Source of the DNA: Cyanidioschyzon merolae
Lineage: Eukaryota
Length of the DNA: 64,000 nucleotides
NCBI GenBank assembly: GCA_000091205.1
Contig: AP006489.2
Reading direction: 5' to 3' (one strand)
The notes beneath the pieces were generated by a model. That model worked only from the letters and a program-made list of their open reading frames with translations, had not been told where the DNA came from and ran no database searches. Every line of letters starts with the position of its first letter. Position 1 is the first letter of the stretch. A program made the translations under genes and the position numbers. Positions 42,484 to 52,786 of the stretch are shown piece by piece.

Positions 42484-44757
42484 TTACAATGACGTTCGCG
42501 AGTGCGGTAGAAGCAGCGCGTCCCGTAAGCACGCGGCACGCCACGCCGCCACCTGCGGAAACAGTTTGCTCACATGGGCGACAAAGTCCCGTGCCGTGCT
42601 CTCGCTCTCGAATACAAGGTCCAGCACCTGCGTAACATCCGAGCGCTGAATGAGCACACACCAGCCCTCATTGGTAGCAGACGTTGTCGGCTCGGGCTCG
42701 GTTAACTCCAGAATGTATTCGAGTGGAAGACCAAGTAGGGGCTGGAAGCCGCCACCTTCCAGCACCTCCCCTACGATGAGCATTTTGCTCTCGTTCTCGT
42801 CGGCCGCGCACAGGACACGCCTGCCCTCCAGTGAACAGTTAAAAACATCCGTCTGGGCTAGCGCCAAGGTCATCGTCTCCGCCGACTGTGTTGACCAGCG
42901 GCTCGGATCCGAACGCGCCAGATCGCACTTGTAAAGGGGCAGCAGGACGGCGTCCACGTCCGAGTAGGTATCGCTGTCGAGCGTTGCCTCGAGATACCCC
43001 AGAAAACAGGTCACCCGTTTGTATGCAGCGCTTGTCTCCGACGAATCAGCCGGTCGGGATGGGGTTCCAGTCTGTCTACGCGGCGCTTGAGCAGCTACAG
43101 CATGCGCTAGCATCCAGAGACTTGCGTCCGCGATCACATGCTCTCGACGCTGCACGCTGTCGAGCGCGTTCTCGTTCAGGGTGTTCGCTTCAGAGGGCGT
43201 CACCGACCCGAATCTCGATCGATAACGATCCCTGATGTGTTGGAGAAGATCATTGCACAGGCGCTGGCGGTCCTCCGCGTGAGCAAGCAGGCGTCCCAGA
43301 TCATTCGCGTAGGCTGGGTTCTGCTCCAGGCTGAGCTGGATATCCCCGATGCGTTCTCGGTAGAGCTGGACAATGGACGCATCGATTTGCGTGTGCTGTT
43401 CGGGGTCGTCAACTGCAAGGACAAGCCTCAATAAAACCATTTCAAGAGTGGTTGCTATACCACCCGCACCGTTGGTTTTCTCATCGAACACCGATCCCCA
43501 GAACGATCTCCCCGGGTCTAGCTGGATCCAGAGTTCGCCTTGGGGCACCGCTTCCAAGCGGTTGATGAGCGCCTCACGAGCCGCTATGCAAACGGGAACG
43601 CTCGCCGCATATGCCGTCAAGCATCGTAAACGAACGTGGTCAGCAATTCGATCAGCGTTCGAAGCACTTGCTTTGACGAAACGAGATAACAGCGCTGTAT
43701 AACGCTCGCTACGTACGAGAGTGGCGCAGCATTCAGAGCATACCAAGGCTGAGTGCCCACGTTCCAGAAAGAAAATGAAAAGTTGGACTGCGTCCGATAG
43801 CGTTAGATCCGAGCGATCACCATTCGCTGCTGCGACGAGCACCGGAGTCAGAAAATCGCTGCGCAACAGGTTCAAGAGCGTCAGCTGCACGAAAGGACCA
43901 GCCTGGTTCGCCAGTTCACCCAAGAACTCGTAGACGTCCTGGAGCTCGGCGGCTGCTCTCGCTTGATCCCCGTTGACGGAGACTGCCGCGATTGCAGCTT
44001 GTCCCAGATTGGCGATATAACGCCTAGAAAAACTATTTTTTTGCTCCATCTCTCGCGATAGAAAGCGATCGAGTGTCGGTGCATCTGCGCTTAAGCGGAC
44101 GAGTCCCAAGATCATACCATATGCTGCCGCACGCACCAGACGATCGTCGTTGTCCAGAAACTGTGTAGCAGCATTCAGGAGCGGGAAAGTGTTATCCTCT
44201 TCGCGAAAGACCAAGGGCAAAGAGGCAATGTCCAGGCGCAAGCAGACTGTGCGCAGGAGAGAGAGATAGCTCGGAAGGAGGTCCGAATCCACGTCAGCCT
44301 CTTTTCCTGTGGCAGAATGAGTAGCTTCCGTCTCTTGGAAAAGCGGTGCTGCCAGAACGACCTGACGTAGTGCGTCGTGCGCCAGCAGGTACGCCAACAG
44401 AAGCGGGTCGTGGATATTCCATAAAAGCATCGCTGCAGTCTGTAAAGCTTTGACACGGAGCGCTTGCTGCTTCGCATCGCCGGCTGGCTGAACAGCAAGC
44501 TCCAGAATGGCCGCCCAGCACTCGTTTTCCAGGAAAGCGGTGCGGCTTAGTTCTCGTTCTCGCGGCTCTGTCGACAGCACCAGTTCCACAAGCTCCCCGA
44601 GGGCGTCGAATCGAGCAACCACATCCATTTGACCCGCGTCCGAGACCAGCTGTGCGACTCGCTCTGCACGCTGAGCGACATTTTCCCGAGGTTGTAACCA
44701 GCTAGACCAGGAGCCACGCGGAGCTGCCTGCGCTCCCCTGGACTTGGTCGGTGTCAT
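42484..44757 (-). CDS. CLEC16A/FPL-domain family protein (conserved eukaryotic helical-repeat protein). First ATG used; the track start at 44763 is GTG.
   Basis: ALQTAAMLLWNI...LLPSYLSLLRTVCLRL...VFREEDNTFPLLNAATQFLDNDDRLVRAAAYGMILGL parallels the CLEC16A N-terminal FPL region (LLQTLNILF...IMAYYISFLKTLSLKL...[38 protein letters not shown]). Family call is tentative. Confidence 0.55.
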   Translation of the reverse strand: MTPTKSRGAQAAPRGSWSSWLQPRENVAQRAERVAQLVSDAGQMDVVARFDALGELVELVLSTEPRERELSRTAFLENECWAAILELAVQPAGDAKQQALRVKALQTAAMLLWNIHDPLLLAYLLAHDALRQVVLAAPLFQETEATHSATGKEADVDSDLLPSYLSLLRTVCLRLDIASLPLVFREEDNTFPLLNAATQFLDNDDRLVRAAAYGMILGLVRLSADAPTLDRFLSREMEQKNSFSRRYIANLGQAAIAAVSVNGDQARAAAELQDVYEFLGELANQAGPFVQLTLLNLLRSDFLTPVLVAAANGDRSDLTLSDAVQLFIFFLERGHSALVCSECCATLVRSERYTALLSRFVKASASNADRIADHVRLRCLTAYAASVPVCIAAREALINRLEAVPQGELWIQLDPGRSFWGSVFDEKTNGAGGIATTLEMVLLRLVLAVDDPEQHTQIDASIVQLYRERIGDIQLSLEQNPAYANDLGRLLAHAEDRQRLCNDLLQHIRDRYRSRFGSVTPSEANTLNENALDSVQRREHVIADASLWMLAHAVAAQAPRRQTGTPSRPADSSETSAAYKRVTCFLGYLEATLDSDTYSDVDAVLLPLYKCDLARSDPSRWSTQSAETMTLALAQTDVFNCSLEGRRVLCAADENESKMLIVGEVLEGGGFQPLLGLPLEYILELTEPEPTTSATNEGWCVLIQRSDVTQVLDLVFESESTARDFVAHVSKLFPQVAAWRAACLRDALLLPHSRTSL

Positions 44758-46509
44758 GTGCACCGAGCTATGTTTGCCTCTTGCGCTGGTCTGGGCGCGA
44801 AGCGAGCCCCGTTGAGCTTGGACGTCTCGAAGGCGTCACGATTGCTGTTGCTGTTGCTGCTGCTGGGAACGCAGTTCTCCCGAACGTCTCCAGGGGCAGT
44901 GGATACCAGCGACCGCTCAGTATCTGCCCCAGCGAGCGCTCAGCAGCGTCGCACGTCCGAAACGCTTGCGAACTTTTCTCTCGACTGGGCGCTGTTCGGA
45001 CTTTGCGCGTTCGCTTTCGCTGGGAGCGGGTGGAGGTGGCAGCCTAGTTTACACGGCGGCATGTAACGCTGGCGAGCACTCAAGCTGGACGCCCAGTCTT
45101 AGCACGTTGGGCGTCCAGCTCTTTTTTGATGGTTTCCAGGTAGCGGCGCTAGCGCTTCTTGGGCGTTCGCGCTTGCACCCGAGAGCGCCTGCGGCTGGGC
45201 GAGTGCTTCTTCGGACGTACCCTCCTGCTTGCCTGGCCTGGAACGATGCCACAAGTTGTGGATACCTGACGCAGGAACCCACCGGGGCCCTGTGCTGGGC
45301 TCGCATGGCAAGGCTACTCTGGAGACGCCCAGCGAAGCGTCAGTCGCCCGCTGCGGAACTAGAGTCGCGCGTGTAGCACGTGAAGACACCACGCTGGGGA
45401 CGCAGCCGTACGCTTGCACGGCCGTCTTGCAGTGAACCGCTGTTGAAGAGTTCCCGGGGGCGGCGCTTGCGCTGATCGTGCATAGAGCTGCGACTGACAA
45501 GCGATCCCAGACAGAGCGGCAGCAGTGGTGAGCGCTCACCGCCGCCCAGGCACGTATTGGCCCGTCACGCGTTCAGAACGTTTCCCTTGAATAGTGCGCA
45601 ACGGCTAGCTCGAATGACGGGACTAGGACGCTCTCGACCTCATCGGGAGCCTGGACGACGCTGTCGATTCTGGAAGGGCATAGTAATGAGGCTGGCGATT
45701 GCCCTGAGAGCGAACCTGGCATGACTGACTTGTGGTGAACGTTGCGCTCGTTTTTCGCCGCGCAGCATGCTTACGAAAGCTACATCCACGTGCCAGACGC
45801 ACCGACTTGTATAGACCGGTTGCAATCGTTGGTGAAATCTTCTGCCGATCGCTCACATGCATCTCACAAAACTATATCACCTGCAAAAAGCGTGATTGAT
45901 TGACGCTGCAAACAGCGCACGGGTCTCGGTCATCCAACGTGGACCGCGAAATAACCTCACAAATTGTCAATGGACGCTTACGTGAACAACGCATATCCCT
46001 GCAATGCGTGGTCACGAGTCGAGCAGGCAGCGCAGTGGGCCACGCGGAAGCGAATGCGCTCCCATCGCTCGTTCCCTGGCGATATGACCACATGACCAGC
46101 ACCTTTTTCGTTCTTCATATGTTTCCGTGTTTAACGTGCCGCATCTGAAGCGTTTTCCCTGAGACGACTTGGATCTGATGCGCAGGGACCTCGCACGACT
46201 TCGCCGCCGTGGAGTACCGACCAGAAGCGGCGCAGCGCATGAGTAGGCCATGCCGCGATTATGAAACTTTTTGTACAATCATGGATATTGTTCCTGAGGC
46301 CTCGAAGCACGTGCATCGAATACATGGCACATTCTAAACATCACAGTACAAAATTGTATGGCCGTCGGCGCGACGCGGACGCGTGTTCATACGCCGCAGC
46401 ACCTGGTCATCGCTTCTGTCGGATGATACGCTAGTCGACCGCGAAAGCTCCCGTATTGGCGCTCCGAACCTGCTACAATACGAGTTGCTCAGATAACCTA
46501 GTTCTGACC

Positions 46510-46863
46510 ATGAAGTACCTTGCTGCATATATGCTTCTCAAGTTGGGTGGAGCGGAGGAGGTTACTGCTGATGACATACGAAAAGTTGTCAGTGCTGCCG
46601 GCGCCGAGGTCGACGACGATCGAGTCGCTGCGCTACTCCAAGCGGTTAACGGACGATCCATCGACGAACTCGTCACTGAGGGCCGCTCTAAAATGGAGTC
46701 GGTTGCAGGGGTTGCTGTTGCGGCAGCGTCGGCAGCACCTGCGGCAGCCGCTGCTGGAGGCGGTGACAGCGGCGCTGCGGCAGCGTCAGCCGACAAAGGC
46801 GCAGCGAAAGAGGAACCCAAAGAGGAAAGCGACGAGGACCTTGGCTTTGGTTTGTTCGATTAA
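46510..46863 (+). CDS. RPLP2: 60S acidic ribosomal protein P2
   Basis: [14 protein letters not shown]...hinge [12 protein letters not shown]...C-terminal [13 protein letters not shown], diagnostic of P1/P2 stalk proteins. ATG at 46510; the track ORF begins earlier at a non-ATG codon. Confidence 0.93.
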   Translation: MKYLAAYMLLKLGGAEEVTADDIRKVVSAAGAEVDDDRVAALLQAVNGRSIDELVTEGRSKMESVAGVAVAAASAAPAAAAAGGGDSGAAAASADKGAAKEEPKEESDEDLGFGLFD

Positions 46864-47343
46864 ACAGTTTGTTGTGAACGTCATCGTTGAAACTGTGCTG
46901 AACCTCACTAGCCTGGAGACGTTTTGAGGAGCGTTCGGCTCTGGCTTGCACGCGGAGCAACGGCGACGTTTCGCAAGGCACTGGGACCGCTGGCCTCCGT
47001 TTCGACCAAGCGTGCTACGGCGTCGTGGATGGCGTGCGCATGGCAACATTCATATGAATAGTTTACGGACTTGCTGGTGCGTTAGGCAAGATGAGGGTGT
47101 GCGGGCTTTCTTTGACGCTTCGTTGGAAGACGAATACATTCGCAGAGAAAGCTGCAAGTCGTTCGCGCCATCAGGTCGACGCTGCGGCCTGGTCGAAGAG
47201 ATGCGACCGGACAGCCATGCAACTGAACTGCACCAGCGGTTCCGCAGCACCCTTACCGCCAATGCAGATAGGGTGCCAGGCTTCTCGACGTCTATCGTTT
47301 GCAGGTGACGCATTGCCAATGCACCGCACAACGGAACCAGACA

Positions 47344-47985
47344 CTATAAACGATGCCGGTGCATCTTCAAGCGCCGTTTGGCAAGTTCCATACCCCACGG
47401 CCGATGCGTACACCAGAAACCATCGCCGGGTGCCCGCGGGATAACATGCACGTGCACGTGGGGCACGCTCTGACCAGCGCAACGCCCGTTATTGACGCCG
47501 ATGTTGTATCCGAAACGCTCCTGGGAGGAAACCGACGCTTCTACGCGCGTCACTGGTTCCTCTGTCGGTTCTCGTGCGCTCATTCGTTCAGAAAACGTTA
47601 GTCGGCTCGCGTCGGAAACCCGTCGGGTGAGGTAGACTTCACGAAGCACGACCTGGGCGACGTGGCGTGCCTGCGTAAACAACTCCGCGAGTTCCGACTC
47701 TGTGAGCGCGTCCATACTCGAAACGTGTCTCCGCGATATGACTAAACAGTGCCCGAGCGTCACAGGTGTCCGGTCCAGAATCGTAAGCGTTCGCGCACTC
47801 GCGTGCAGTGCAACGCAGTTCTCCAGAGTCAGGCAGCAGAACACACAGTCGACTTTCGAGGAGGAGTAGCTGTCTTCGGTGCTTAAGTCAATGTCGCCGC
47901 CGTCCGCTTGGTGCTGCAGTGCAACACGAATTCGGTGGACAAGGTTTTCATCGAGCAGCGGCCGCGGTTTCGTTCGGTCCCGCAT
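47344..47985 (-). CDS. HIT (histidine triad) family protein. First ATG used; the track start at 48228 is TTG.
   Basis: CVFCCL..LHASARTLTILDRTPVTLGHCLVISRRH...GQSVPHVHVHVIP (HxHxHxx triad). At about 213 aa it is longer than typical HINT proteins because of an internal insertion. Confidence 0.7.
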   Translation of the reverse strand: MRDRTKPRPLLDENLVHRIRVALQHQADGGDIDLSTEDSYSSSKVDCVFCCLTLENCVALHASARTLTILDRTPVTLGHCLVISRRHVSSMDALTESELAELFTQARHVAQVVLREVYLTRRVSDASRLTFSERMSAREPTEEPVTRVEASVSSQERFGYNIGVNNGRCAGQSVPHVHVHVIPRAPGDGFWCTHRPWGMELAKRRLKMHRHRL

Positions 47986-48175
47986 CAGTCTTCCTAGACG
48001 CGAACAAACTGGCGGCGTGCTGTCGACCTCTGAACCAGTCGCAGCTGGCAGCGCCAAGCGCTGGAGATTTGCGCCGCAGCCCGGAATCGCACGAGATCCC
48101 CAGGCATGCGCTGGGCGTCTGCAGCTGGAGCGCAAGTCTGGGCTCCACGGAACGTTCAAGGCACTGGGGTTGCAT

Positions 48176-48202
48176 GTGGTGGTGGTGGTGGTGGTGGTGG
48201 TT
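48176..48202. repeat. (GGT)n microsatellite. It encodes the poly-Thr run of the upstream non-ATG part of the HIT ORF on the minus strand.
   Basis: gtggtggtggtggtggtggtggtt seen directly. Confidence 0.95.
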
Positions 48203-48504
48203 ACCGACTGGTAGCAGGCGTGCAACAAGTCCCGCGCCTTTCAGGTATGAATCATGTTGGAAGCGTGTCACGCTGCGTCACGCTTGAATGGACAGACGAT
48301 TCATGATGCGTCTTCAAGTGCGAACGATGGCACTCCTGCTCTGGCGTATAGCACGAGATCGGAATCACGATGCAATGTATTGTACAGATTGTAGACGAGT
48401 TGCTTCTAGGATGTATACGCTTTACGGAACAGTGCAAGGAGGACTGCAAGAATGCTTCAGGTCAGTCATAAAACAGTACGCAGATGATTTAGGAACTCTG
48501 AAAG

Positions 48505-48530
48505 AAAGAAAGAAAGAAAGAAAGAAAGAA
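48505..48530. repeat. (GAAA)n microsatellite, with a G12 homopolymer at about 48653
   Basis: gaaagaaagaaagaaagaaagaaagaaag and cggggggggggggt seen directly. Confidence 0.95.
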
Positions 48531-48639
48531 GTGTGTGCGATCGGCACCAGAAACTGGTATTGTGAAAGTGTGCCTGCGGTCAGTGGTAGAAGTAGCAGAA
48601 AACGACCCATTGATCACTCCAGGGAAAGCAAACGATACG

Positions 48640-49900
48640 ATAGTAGACGCCGGGGGGGGGGGGTCTCTGTTTCTCAAAAGCTTGTTCTTTTTGTCCTGGT
48701 AACACGGGGCTCTGGTCACTAAAAAGCCCTAGTTCACGCACGGCTATCTTCCACCGAAATCGGAACTAGAGCGTTCCTGGAAAGTCACGACCCGTATGAA
48801 GCACGGACGTCGCTTTGCTTTTCCAGTTAATGAGACTCTCTTCGGACGAAACAGTCGTAGCGTCTATGGGTATTCGCGGAGCAGGGATCCCGTCGTAGGT
48901 ATACACGATCGTACTCGAAGAGAACGAGGGAATCATCATCTGTTCTAGGTGCAGTGGATTCATTTGGCAGGTCAGCTTTGGCTCGTAGAGAGGGTTCGTA
49001 CATCAGCACAAACCACTTTTTCGAAGACCTGAAGACTTCTCCCTGACGTCTGCCGACATGTTTCTATTGGAAAATTGTGGTATTTTACCGCTCTCTTTGC
49101 ATTCGAGCCTTTGCCGATTCTATCAGGGTAGAGCTGCTTTTCAATCCTGCGTACGCTTCGTGGTTGAATCCCGTTGAAGGAGTCGTTTCTATCGTGAAAC
49201 GCCATGGTCGCTGCACTGGGCGAATTGATGAAGCGTTCAGCATACGACGACACACGGGCGCACATCTCGACTTTCTTCCGCAAGTCCTTCTCGCCTCGCG
49301 AAGGTCCGAACCTGCGGCTTGCAACAGGTCCGTTCATTCGACGAAATAAAGAATCCCATGGAGCGGTATGTGCACGCAAGTCGAGGATCCTGAAGCGCTG
49401 TTACCGCCGGATGCCGAAAGAAAACGACAAAATCCTCTTCTCGCCGACCATGGAGCGAAGCAGACCAAATGACGAAAAAGAAGAAGAACGGTTGAGATAG
49501 GCCAGAAAACGTGTCCGCCCGACGGGACGATCACGAGACTTTGGTGACACCGAGGACACGAGTTGAACGAAGCCCTGCATTGGCGCGTACCACCAGAGGC
49601 AGTTCACGCGAGACGTTCACGAACCGAGGCGTTAACGCCACCATTAATATCAGACGTTGTGCGGTGCGGAATACGAGACCTGAGAAGTTTAGGCGATCTA
49701 ACTTTGTGGAGCAGCCTCTCAGGGTCGAAGTGTGCATGGAGAAGCTGAAGCCGATAGCACGCGCCCCGTCGAAAAAGGCTGAGAGACGTCTCCACATCAG
49801 GGGTTAGATATTCAGTCTATGGATGTCAAAATCATAGCGTGTAATGGCGAAACAATCTTGTCGGCATTGGCGAGTTGGGATGAGGATCCGGTTCAGGGTA
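48640..49900 (+). mobile_element. Degraded composite DNA-transposon remnant, copy 2 (inverted relative to copy 1 at 3330-4620): Tc1/mariner-type transposase C-terminal fragment plus TnpB/Fanzor-like RuvC-III fragment
   Basis: Plus-strand CIRAFADSIRVELLFNPAYASWLNPVEGVVSIVKRH (compare Tc1 [33 protein letters not shown]). Plus-strand 49620-49660 gives NRGVNATINIRRCAV (degenerate RDxNAAxNI). Homology to copy 1 is listed under that feature. Confidence 0.55.
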
Positions 49901-50812
49901 CGTTCAGCTCGACAACGCTGGACGAGTAACGGAACGTGTAAGTGAGCGCCAGTTTTCGCGGTGTATTCGGGTTATGCGGACGTGGACGCGCCACAAAGCT
50001 CACATGCACGTCGTCCCGTGCGCTATGATGCAGCAAAAGCACCATGTAAGGATGTCAACGGCGGACTAGGTCTGTCGCCGTACACTCTTCTGTGCAGGTT
50101 CGACTTGTGGCGGCGTCTCCGCTACGACAAATCAGTGACCGATTCGACTCCGTAGATCGGCACTGGTAACGTAGCTTTTGAAACAGGCCACTTTCTCAGA
50201 CCATCATGATGTACTGAGCGTTGACGAGCCGTCAGCGTGCCCACTCGAAATGAGGGACCAGTCAACCGGGCACCATGGCATCCACGCGACGCATTCCGCA
50301 TCGTGCCGTATTCCTGGCGGCGTTGGGCGTTCAGACACCTACACGACTTCATGTGCAGCGGTTTTACATATTCGTTTCGCGGATATGACGCACTGGAGTC
50401 GTCTGAGCTGCGTGCAGGTTCCGGTCGTCAGTGCCGCCTGACTCGAATTCAACAGTCCAGTGGTCTCGTACTAGGGAGCGCGTCCGCGCTCGTCTCGTGA
50501 CGACCTGCGGCATACGCAACGTCGACGTCGAGGGAAAAGCCCCAAACAAAGCTGCTACTTCAGGGCTCTGATATCGTGGCGCGCGGAAAGAAACGATATG
50601 AGTTTCACCATACGCCCTTGACCCTGGTAGGATTCCTGGTACCAGCACAACTAGCGACAGCATGCGTAGTTGCACGATTCGTAGCAACTGTTGCTCGAAC
50701 AGCATTCATCGTCGTCGAACGCCCGGTAGTAGTCACCGCAGCAGCACTCAGCGTAGTCGTTGTAGCAGGATATATAGTTGTGTGCTCGGCATCGGAAAAT
50801 CGGCGTGTGCTG

Positions 50813-52786
50813 CTAGCGCTCTAAATCAAAGAGAAGCCTCATGATTCGCTGCACTTGCTGGCGGGCTGTGCTCGCGGTAGCTCCCTGTTCCGCGTAGTGT
50901 CGCTCGAGTCGATGCATCGCATCAGGATCAAGGTGGATACCTTCGGCGCTCACAATGGCGAGGCACTCGGCCAAGGCCGGCCATAGAACAGCAGGAGCCT
51001 TGCAATGGGCACGAATCAGGGCACGAACGCCAATGTGGCTCGGGAGCACTGTCGTAGCTGCAATTTCGCCGTTTGCGAACACATGAAACAAGTCTAGCGC
51101 GGTACGAGCACGGTGCGTTCGGTCACTAGCAACGAGCAACGCATCTAGTATCGAGCGAAGCATCTGTGGTGTCAGTTTCTCTTGAATGGTCTCGTTCCTA
51201 CGCACATAGGTCTCGTAGATGGTAAAGGCGTAGTCCGCAAGACGCACCGCACGAGCGTTGTACGCGAGACCCCGGATTGCCGGAACGACGAGGCGCTGGG
51301 CATCTGGTAGGGTCCCTCGCAGGATCTGCAGCACTTGTGCGCCCTTGCCGTTGTAGGCAAACGCTTCAACCTCGGCGATGGGCAGAGCTTCCCGCGCTGG
51401 CGCTGGGCCGCGTTCTGAATCGGGGAGGGCGCTCCACCTGGACTGAATGCGAGGCAAGAACCGATCCGCAAGGCTAAAGAATTCCCTCCAAGAATGCCTT
51501 GATGCGTCAGGAAGTGATGACGGTCTCCAACGCGGATCTAGTCCACGAAAAAGAACCCGAAACGTGAAAGCGTCGGGTACGAGCCTTGCGAACCCTGCGT
51601 CATGCCTCGTCTCTTTGCCTAAGGCATACGGGCTAGGAACCCAGCGATCGTAAAACCCAAGCATTTCCTCAGTGCAGCCTCGGGTGCCGAGAAACTCCAG
51701 CATGATGTTCAATGTGCCTCTGTCTGGCTCTATTTGCCATTCCCGGCGGATACGCTCGAGAAAGCGTTCCAAGAAGCCTAACGGTTCGTCCTCGGTGATC
51801 GGATGCGGAAGCTGCCGACGCCGCCACGTCGGATAGAAAGGACCCCCTCGAGGTCCATTGCAGAGCCCGTCGAGCACCGTATTCAGGAGAACGATATCGG
51901 GACTACATTGATATCGCCGGCAAACGTCGAAGCACTCGTCCAGGTCCTGCGGCCAGCGCAGATACCCCAGCGCTTGAACACGACACTTCCACAGAGCGCT
52001 GTAGACCCCAAGGGAGAGTGCGGGAGCTGCTGCGTAGACCTGCTCCAGCGTGCGATACAGCCGGGTAACGGTCTCGGGTCGAAGCCAGCGGATCCATGGC
52101 GTCCAGCTGGCAAGCGCTTTCGCAAACGCGAGCTTGTCTGTTGGCTGTAATGCGCTCACGTCCCCAAAAGCGCTCGTACACCATTCGACGATATCCGAGA
52201 GCAGAGCCCCCGTCTGGCGATCATGTGGGACACTGGGCCAGGAAGCAAGCTTTGTCCGCACTGCAGCAGCGATCAGCGGGGCACGTCGATTCGCGTCGGG
52301 AGACCGGTTCTTCTCCCCAAACGGAACGCTTTCTGCCTGGCTGTGTCGAAGTGCTGCATGAAGGCTCTGGATGGTGTCGGAGTCTCGGATGGCTTGCAGC
52401 GCTCGGTGCAGGTCTGTAGCGCAGGAGTCCGGAGTATCCGCCGCTATCAGTGCCGCCTTCCGCAGTGCAGCACTGGCAAGCTCATTCGCCGACAGCGGCT
52501 GTTGTGAATGGCTGGAAACCAGACGACGACGACGACCTGGAGCATGTGTATGGAATCCGTCCAAAGTCGCTGCGTGTAGTTCAACGGCGCCGCTCTTCGA
52601 CAGCAGCTCCGGGTGCACCTGCAGTCCGCAGTTCGACAGCCAACAGCTAGCACGCTGTGGGCTCAAGGCACTACATGTCCCCGGTATTCGCTGGTAGTAC
52701 GGTTTCCAGTTAATGAAAGTAAAGTCCAGCGTGTGCAGTCGCAAACGAGCAGAAGAACGGTGCAGTTGCAACGCTTTCCCCAGCAT
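50813..52786 (-). CDS. PPR-like (pentatricopeptide/helical-repeat) protein, probably organellar RNA-binding. First ATG used; the track start at 52888 is GTG.
   Basis: Repeated about 35-aa helical units with PPR-like cores (LNTVLDGLCNG, TLNIMLEFLGTRGCTEEMLGFYDRWV, FTFRVLFRGL). Long single ORF. Confidence 0.5.
   Translation of the reverse strand: MLGKALQLHRSSARLRLHTLDFTFINWKPYYQRIPGTCSALSPQRASCWLSNCGLQVHPELLSKSGAVELHAATLDGFHTHAPGRRRRLVSSHSQQPLSANELASAALRKAALIAADTPDSCATDLHRALQAIRDSDTIQSLHAALRHSQAESVPFGEKNRSPDANRRAPLIAAAVRTKLASWPSVPHDRQTGALLSDIVEWCTSAFGDVSALQPTDKLAFAKALASWTPWIRWLRPETVTRLYRTLEQVYAAAPALSLGVYSALWKCRVQALGYLRWPQDLDECFDVCRRYQCSPDIVLLNTVLDGLCNGPRGGPFYPTWRRRQLPHPITEDEPLGFLERFLERIRREWQIEPDRGTLNIMLEFLGTRGCTEEMLGFYDRWVPSPYALGKETRHDAGFARLVPDAFTFRVLFRGLDPRWRPSSLPDASRHSWREFFSLADRFLPRIQSRWSALPDSERGPAPAREALPIAEVEAFAYNGKGAQVLQILRGTLPDAQRLVVPAIRGLAYNARAVRLADYAFTIYETYVRRNETIQEKLTPQMLRSILDALLVASDRTHRARTALDLFHVFANGEIAATTVLPSHIGVRALIRAHCKAPAVLWPALAECLAIVSAEGIHLDPDAMHRLERHYAEQGATASTARQQVQRIMRLLFDLER

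Noticed and set aside
49620-49660. Minus-strand peptide SDINGGVNASV as the coding sense at the copy-2 RuvC-III site
   Set aside because: The site is partly palindromic (ggcgttaacgcc), so both strands give plausible peptides. The + strand reading NRGVNATINIRR matches the RDxNAAxNI family motif and is collinear with the Tc1-like motif on the same strand.
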